From contig CAZDPG010000001.1 of NCBI GenBank assembly GCA_964507275.1, positions 276,577 to 340,576 of the forward strand: a DNA stretch of 64,000 bases, read 5' to 3'. The first letter of the stretch is position 1; every line of letters starts with the position of its first letter. This document shows, piece after piece, positions 59,395-64,000 of this stretch. Made by a program: the position numbers and the translations under genes. The notes under the pieces are model-generated. The model saw nothing but the letters and a program-made list of their open reading frames with translations. It was not told where the DNA came from and searched no databases. The DNA is from an uncultured Candidatus Saccharibacteria bacterium. Its GTDB lineage: Bacteria > Patescibacteriota > Minisyncoccia > Phycocordibacterales > Phycocordibacteraceae.

Positions 59395-60168
59395 ATGAGA
59401 ATCTATTCCTGGAACATGCTCTACCGCAATCGTGAACTCCACGAGGCGTTCCGGTTCATCGCCAAGAGCGATTTCGATATCTTCTGTCTGCAGGAAGTGC
59501 CGGAGGAAATCCTCACGCGTCTGCAGACGCTCCCCTACTCGATTGCTTTCCGTATCGACATGGAGAAGACGTTCCCTTCGAGGGTAGTTCCTATGTATAA
59601 CGTCATACTCTCCAAGCATCCTATCGAAGCGCAGCATGAAGTGACGTTTGATGATTACTGGCCGCTCCTCCCGCTGCGCACCCGCGCCTTCATACACCTG
59701 ATGCCGAGACAGCTTTTCTCAAAAATCAGAAACCGTGGCGGACTCTATGCCGACATCACCGTACACGGTGTATCGATACGCGTATTCTGTCTCCACCTCA
59801 TCCTCGCCCAGCCGGCGTGGCGGATGAAGGAGTTCGAACGGGCAATGGTCGAGCGCGACTCGACACGACCTTCGATCGTCTGCGGTGACTTCAATATTCT
59901 CGAGAAGCCGCACATCACGCCCTTGAACTGGATGCTCGGTGGTCGCGTGACCGATGCTCTGTTCTACGGCCGTGAACGCACGAGTATCGAGAAGCATTTC
60001 GTCGAGCACAAACTTACGAATGCGCTACGCGGACACATCACGCATCCGCTCTCCCGTTCACAGCTCGATCATATCCTTGTGTCGCATTCTTTCTCCATTG
60101 AAAATGCATCCGTTCTTCCTGAGAGAATCGGCTCCGATCATCACCCGATACGTGTGGAAATCTCATAG
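59395..60168 (+). CDS. Endonuclease/exonuclease/phosphatase family protein
   Basis: SWN, CLQE, GDFN, LDHI, SDHHP. Confidence 0.92.
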   Translation: MRIYSWNMLYRNRELHEAFRFIAKSDFDIFCLQEVPEEILTRLQTLPYSIAFRIDMEKTFPSRVVPMYNVILSKHPIEAQHEVTFDDYWPLLPLRTRAFIHLMPRQLFSKIRNRGGLYADITVHGVSIRVFCLHLILAQPAWRMKEFERAMVERDSTRPSIVCGDFNILEKPHITPLNWMLGGRVTDALFYGRERTSIEKHFVEHKLTNALRGHITHPLSRSQLDHILVSHSFSIENASVLPERIGSDHHPIRVEIS

Positions 60169-60211
60169 CTCCTCTTGACCATATATAGGTGTGCGCGTTA
60201 TGAGTGAATGC

Positions 60212-62605
60212 ATGACCAATCGGTTACTCATCGTCGAATCGCCCACCAAGGCGCGCACTATCGGCACATACCTCGGCAAGGGATACACCGTCCTTGCTTC
60301 GGTGGGCCATGTGCGCGACCTACCGAAAAGCAATAAAGACGCTGTCGATATCGAGGGCGGCTTCATCCCCCGCTACGTGATTCCCGCCGAGAAGCGCGAG
60401 GTGATAGAGAAGATAGAACGCGCTGCCGCGAAAGCCGATGAGATATATCTCGCGACCGACCCCGACCGCGAAGGTGAAGCCATCGCGTGGCATATTAAAG
60501 AAGTCGCCGGACTGAAGTCCCCGCAGCGTGTCGTCTTCCACGAGATCACGAAAGCAGCTATCGAGGAAGCGCTCGCGCACCCGCGCAAAATCGATGAGCA
60601 CCTGCGCCGTGCACAGGAAGCGCGACGTGTGCTCGACCGCATCGTGGGCTACGATCTCTCGGGGCTCATCTGGAAGAAAGTCCGATACGGGCTCTCGGCC
60701 GGGCGTGTGCAGTCACCGGCGCTTCGCATCCTCGCAGAGCGAGAGCGCGAAATCAAAGCGTTCATCCCCGTAACCTATTTTGTGCTCACGGCGCTTTTCA
60801 AATCAAAGGATGGCGACATTCCCACGACCTGCGCGACCGAACCTTCAACCCAAGAAGAAGCTGATCGCATCGTGCAGGCCGGAAGGACCGCCGCATGGAG
60901 CGTCGCCGATATCACCGAGAAAGCTGAGGAGCGCAACCCTCGTCCGCCGTTCACAACATCGACATTGCAGCAGGCCGCATCGACTCGGCTCGGCTTTGCG
61001 CCATCGCGTGCGATGCGTGCCGCACAGAAGCTCTACGAAGCCGGGCATATCACCTACATGCGTACCGACTCAGTGAACTTGGGTGCAGAAGCCGTCGCAA
61101 AAATGGCGACCGTCATCGGGCAGGAATTCGGGAAAGAATACCTCCAGGTGCGCGCCTACAAGACGACGAGTAAGAACGCCCAGGAGGCTCACGAGGCTAT
61201 CCGCCCAACCGATGCCGCACATGCGCACGCTGGCTCAACGCCGGACGAAACACAGCTCTACGAGCTCATCCGCACCCGCACGCTCGCGTCCCAAATGGCG
61301 AGCGCAAAGATCATGCGTACGAGCCTTGTCGCGAAGGCCGACGCGGACATCCCGCTCTTCACAGCAAACGGTTCGCGCACACTCTTCCCTGGCTGGCTCG
61401 CACTCGACACGACAGCGAGAGGCGAGGACGTCGAACTCCCGAAAATTGCGGTGAATGATCCGCTCACCCTCCTCTCGCTCGGGGCACTTGAGAAGCAGAC
61501 TGAACCGCCGAACCGCTACACCGAAGCAGGGCTCATCAAAGAGCTTGAAAAGCGCGGCATCGGGCGCCCATCGACCTACGCCTCCATCATGAAGACGATT
61601 CAGGACCGTGGCTATGTCGAAAAGGTCGGTCGTGCACTCAAACCGACCGCAACCGGCATGGTCGTCTCAGGCTGGCTTGAAGAGCACTTCCCCGAGTACA
61701 TCAGCGACTCGTTCACGGCAGAGATGGAAAACGAACTCGACGAGATTGCACGCGGCGAACGCGGCTATACAGAAACCTTGACTCAGTTCTACGGCCCGTT
61801 CGAGAAAGCGGTACAAGCGAAGGATAAGCTTCCGAAAGCAACGTCGCTCGGCGATGCCCCGGGCGAATTCCCTTGCCCGTTGTGCAGCAGCCCGATGGAA
61901 TTCAAGCTCGGTCGTGGCGGCATCTTCATGAGTTGCAAGAAATATCCTGAATGCCTCGGTGCGCGCACCGAAGAAGGCGTCGAACTGAAAGGCGACGAAC
62001 CTATCGGTCATGATCCGAAAACGGGTGCACCTATTTTCATAAAAACCGGACGTTTCGGACCCTACGTCGAGATGGCACTCGAAGAAACGAAAGAGCCTGA
62101 ACCTGAAATCGAAGCGACCGAGAAAAAGAAGAAGCCGGTGAAGCGTGCCAAGGGTCGCCCGAAGACTGCGGCACGACGCGCAAGCATCCCTGCTGGCACT
62201 GATCTCGCCAGCGTCACGCTCGCCGATGCGCTCAAGTATCTCTCGCTCCCACGCGAGCTAGGGACACATCCTTCTACCGGTAAGCCTGTCTTCGCTTCGA
62301 CCGGCCGCTTCGGCCCGTATGTCGGAAGTGACGGCGAGTTCCGCTCTCTCAAAGTTGCGGTAGGTGACCCATACACCATCACACTCGATGCGGCGCTTGC
62401 GCTTCTCGCTGAACCTAAGAAGCCGCCGCGCGGTGTCGAGATTGTGAAAGAAATCGGCAAACACCCGAAGACCGGCAAGATGATGGTGCTCTATAAATCA
62501 AAACAGGGTCTCTTCTTGAAGAAAGGCCTCCGCCGCATCTACCTCCCTGAAGCGACAAATCCCGACTCCTTTACTCCTATCGAAGCTGCTGAGTACCTGA
62601 AGTGA
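60212..62605 (+). CDS. topA: DNA topoisomerase I
   Basis: IVESPTKA, ATDPDREGE, SAGRVQS, ITYMRTDS, GIGRPSTY; one Zn ribbon and GRFGPYV C-terminal repeats. Confidence 0.98.
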   Translation: MTNRLLIVESPTKARTIGTYLGKGYTVLASVGHVRDLPKSNKDAVDIEGGFIPRYVIPAEKREVIEKIERAAAKADEIYLATDPDREGEAIAWHIKEVAGLKSPQRVVFHEITKAAIEEALAHPRKIDEHLRRAQEARRVLDRIVGYDLSGLIWKKVRYGLSAGRVQSPALRILAEREREIKAFIPVTYFVLTALFKSKDGDIPTTCATEPSTQEEADRIVQAGRTAAWSVADITEKAEERNPRPPFTTSTLQQAASTRLGFAPSRAMRAAQKLYEAGHITYMRTDSVNLGAEAVAKMATVIGQEFGKEYLQVRAYKTTSKNAQEAHEAIRPTDAAHAHAGSTPDETQLYELIRTRTLASQMASAKIMRTSLVAKADADIPLFTANGSRTLFPGWLALDTTARGEDVELPKIAVNDPLTLLSLGALEKQTEPPNRYTEAGLIKELEKRGIGRPSTYASIMKTIQDRGYVEKVGRALKPTATGMVVSGWLEEHFPEYISDSFTAEMENELDEIARGERGYTETLTQFYGPFEKAVQAKDKLPKATSLGDAPGEFPCPLCSSPMEFKLGRGGIFMSCKKYPECLGARTEEGVELKGDEPIGHDPKTGAPIFIKTGRFGPYVEMALEETKEPEPEIEATEKKKKPVKRAKGRPKTAARRASIPAGTDLASVTLADALKYLSLPRELGTHPSTGKPVFASTGRFGPYVGSDGEFRSLKVAVGDPYTITLDAALALLAEPKKPPRGVEIVKEIGKHPKTGKMMVLYKSKQGLFLKKGLRRIYLPEATNPDSFTPIEAAEYLK

Positions 62606-62641
62606 TTTCGCGCCTAAATGCCGGCGGTGTATAGTGGTCTC

Positions 62642-64000
62642 ATGACCACCGCCAAAGAAATAGTCGGCGCGATGACATCTCATTCGAAAGAAGACGCTGC
62701 CTACGTCGAAAAGGCGTATGAACTCTCCAAGAAGGCTCATGAGGGCCAGACTCGCTTCTCCGGCGAACCCTATTTCATCCACCCGGCTGCCACCGCGAAA
62801 GTACTCGCTGAATACGGCATGGACGCCGTGACGATTGCAGCAGGTCTCCTGCATGACGTCGTCGAAGACGGAAAAGCATCACGCGAAGAGATAGAGAAAG
62901 AGTTCGGGAAAGAGCTTCTTTTCATAGTCGATGGCGTGACGAAGCTCGGCACGCATAAATACCGAGGTGCGGAGCGTCACGCTGAGTCGCTTCGCCGACT
63001 CCTCGTCGCCACCGCAAGCGACATTCGCGTCCTTATCGTGAAGCTCGCCGATCGCTTCCACAACATGCAGACACTGGAACATGTTCCTGCGAATAAGCGC
63101 CGACGAATCGCGCTCGAGACACTTGAGATATATGCTCCCATCGCTGATCGTCTCGGCATGGGCAAGATGAAGCGTGCACTCGAAGACCTCGCGTTTCCGT
63201 TCGTCGATCCAGACGCTGCAACTCACGCCGGTGAGGTGCGGAAGTTGAAAACAAAAGAAACCGAGGATGGCCTGGAGAAAGTGCGTCGCGAGATCGGTCG
63301 CGAGCTTGCGAAGAAAGGGATGAAATCATTCCGCACGGATATCCGTATGAAAGGGCTTTGGAGTCTGCATCAGAAACTGAAACGGAAGCAGGATGACATC
63401 AGTCTCATCCACGATATCGCAGCACTTCGCGTCATCGTGCCGACTATCGAGGACTGCTACACGACGCTCGGCACCGTGCATGCACTCTATAAGCCACTGC
63501 CGGGAGAATTTAAGGACTACATCGCCTTCTCGAAACCGAACGGCTATCAGTCCCTCCACACCACCGTCGTGACTCCTGAAGCAGGTCTCGTTGAAGTCCA
63601 GATCCGCACAGAGGAAATGCACCGACATGCGATGTTCGGTATCGCGTCTCATATGTCCTACAAACAACTCGGGAAAAGCATCGAGCGGCTCGATAAGACC
63701 ACACAGAAGAGCCGTTTTGCTGCGCTCTCTTTCTCATGGCGGTCGCTTATCCCCTCGCTCATGCGCGTAACGAAAAAAGATGGCGAAGCGAATGGTCCCA
63801 CGAAAGTCCCGCCCTGGCTCGCCGAACTCGCTGACGCGCACGCTGGTGTCGCGGGGTCAGAAGAATTCGTCGAGGGATTGAAGGAAGACTTCTTCTCACA
63901 TCGCGTCTTCGTCTTCACGCCCCAAGGAGACGTCATCGATCTCCCAGCAACGTCGACTCCAATCGACTTCGCCTACGCCATACACAGCGACCTCGGCGAC
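62642..64000 (+). CDS. RelA/SpoT family (p)ppGpp hydrolase/synthetase, partial (runs off the window end)
   Basis: Manual translation: AHEGQTRFSGEPYFIHP, LLHDVVED, KLADRFHNM, KPNGYQSLHT, EVQIRT, TGS start VFTPQG...DFAYAIHS. Confidence 0.95.
   Translation, partial: MTTAKEIVGAMTSHSKEDAAYVEKAYELSKKAHEGQTRFSGEPYFIHPAATAKVLAEYGMDAVTIAAGLLHDVVEDGKASREEIEKEFGKELLFIVDGVTKLGTHKYRGAERHAESLRRLLVATASDIRVLIVKLADRFHNMQTLEHVPANKRRRIALETLEIYAPIADRLGMGKMKRALEDLAFPFVDPDAATHAGEVRKLKTKETEDGLEKVRREIGRELAKKGMKSFRTDIRMKGLWSLHQKLKRKQDDISLIHDIAALRVIVPTIEDCYTTLGTVHALYKPLPGEFKDYIAFSKPNGYQSLHTTVVTPEAGLVEVQIRTEEMHRHAMFGIASHMSYKQLGKSIERLDKTTQKSRFAALSFSWRSLIPSLMRVTKKDGEANGPTKVPPWLAELADAHAGVAGSEEFVEGLKEDFFSHRVFVFTPQGDVIDLPATSTPIDFAYAIHSDLGD

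Overview
A 64-kb chromosomal segment from a small-genome Patescibacteria (CPR) bacterium, most likely Parcubacteria/Kaiserbacteria-like. This assignment is inferred from gene content and shortened proteins; TGA is used as stop. The backbone is housekeeping: leuS, ychF, a complete F1Fo ATP synthase operon, mscL, ddl, uvrABC, tgt, dnaX, dus, ftsQ-like, serS, dprA, topA, a RelA/SpoT homologue and six tRNA genes. No integrase, transposase, CRISPR array or rRNA was seen. The best candidate for an undescribed system is a ~7.4-kb accessory cluster at the 3' end of tRNA-Ala(TGC) (19981-27351). It combines a phosphoribosyltransferase/beta-propeller fusion, a secreted Gly/Ser/Cys-rich precursor-like protein, two paralogous membrane-anchored helical proteins, a TPR protein and a Cys-rich exported protein. 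Other notable items are an orphan cyclodipeptide synthase beside tRNA-Gln, a LeuRS with an inserted NUDIX domain, two tRNA-Pro genes with G8/G14 in place of U8/A14, a TGT lacking its Zn cysteines and a pyrD-pyrC pair. Expression signals fall into two classes: core genes look leaderless, whereas accessory genes are Shine-Dalgarno-led cassettes whose promoters often have a 16-bp spacer. All calls come from reading motifs by eye; no database search was run.
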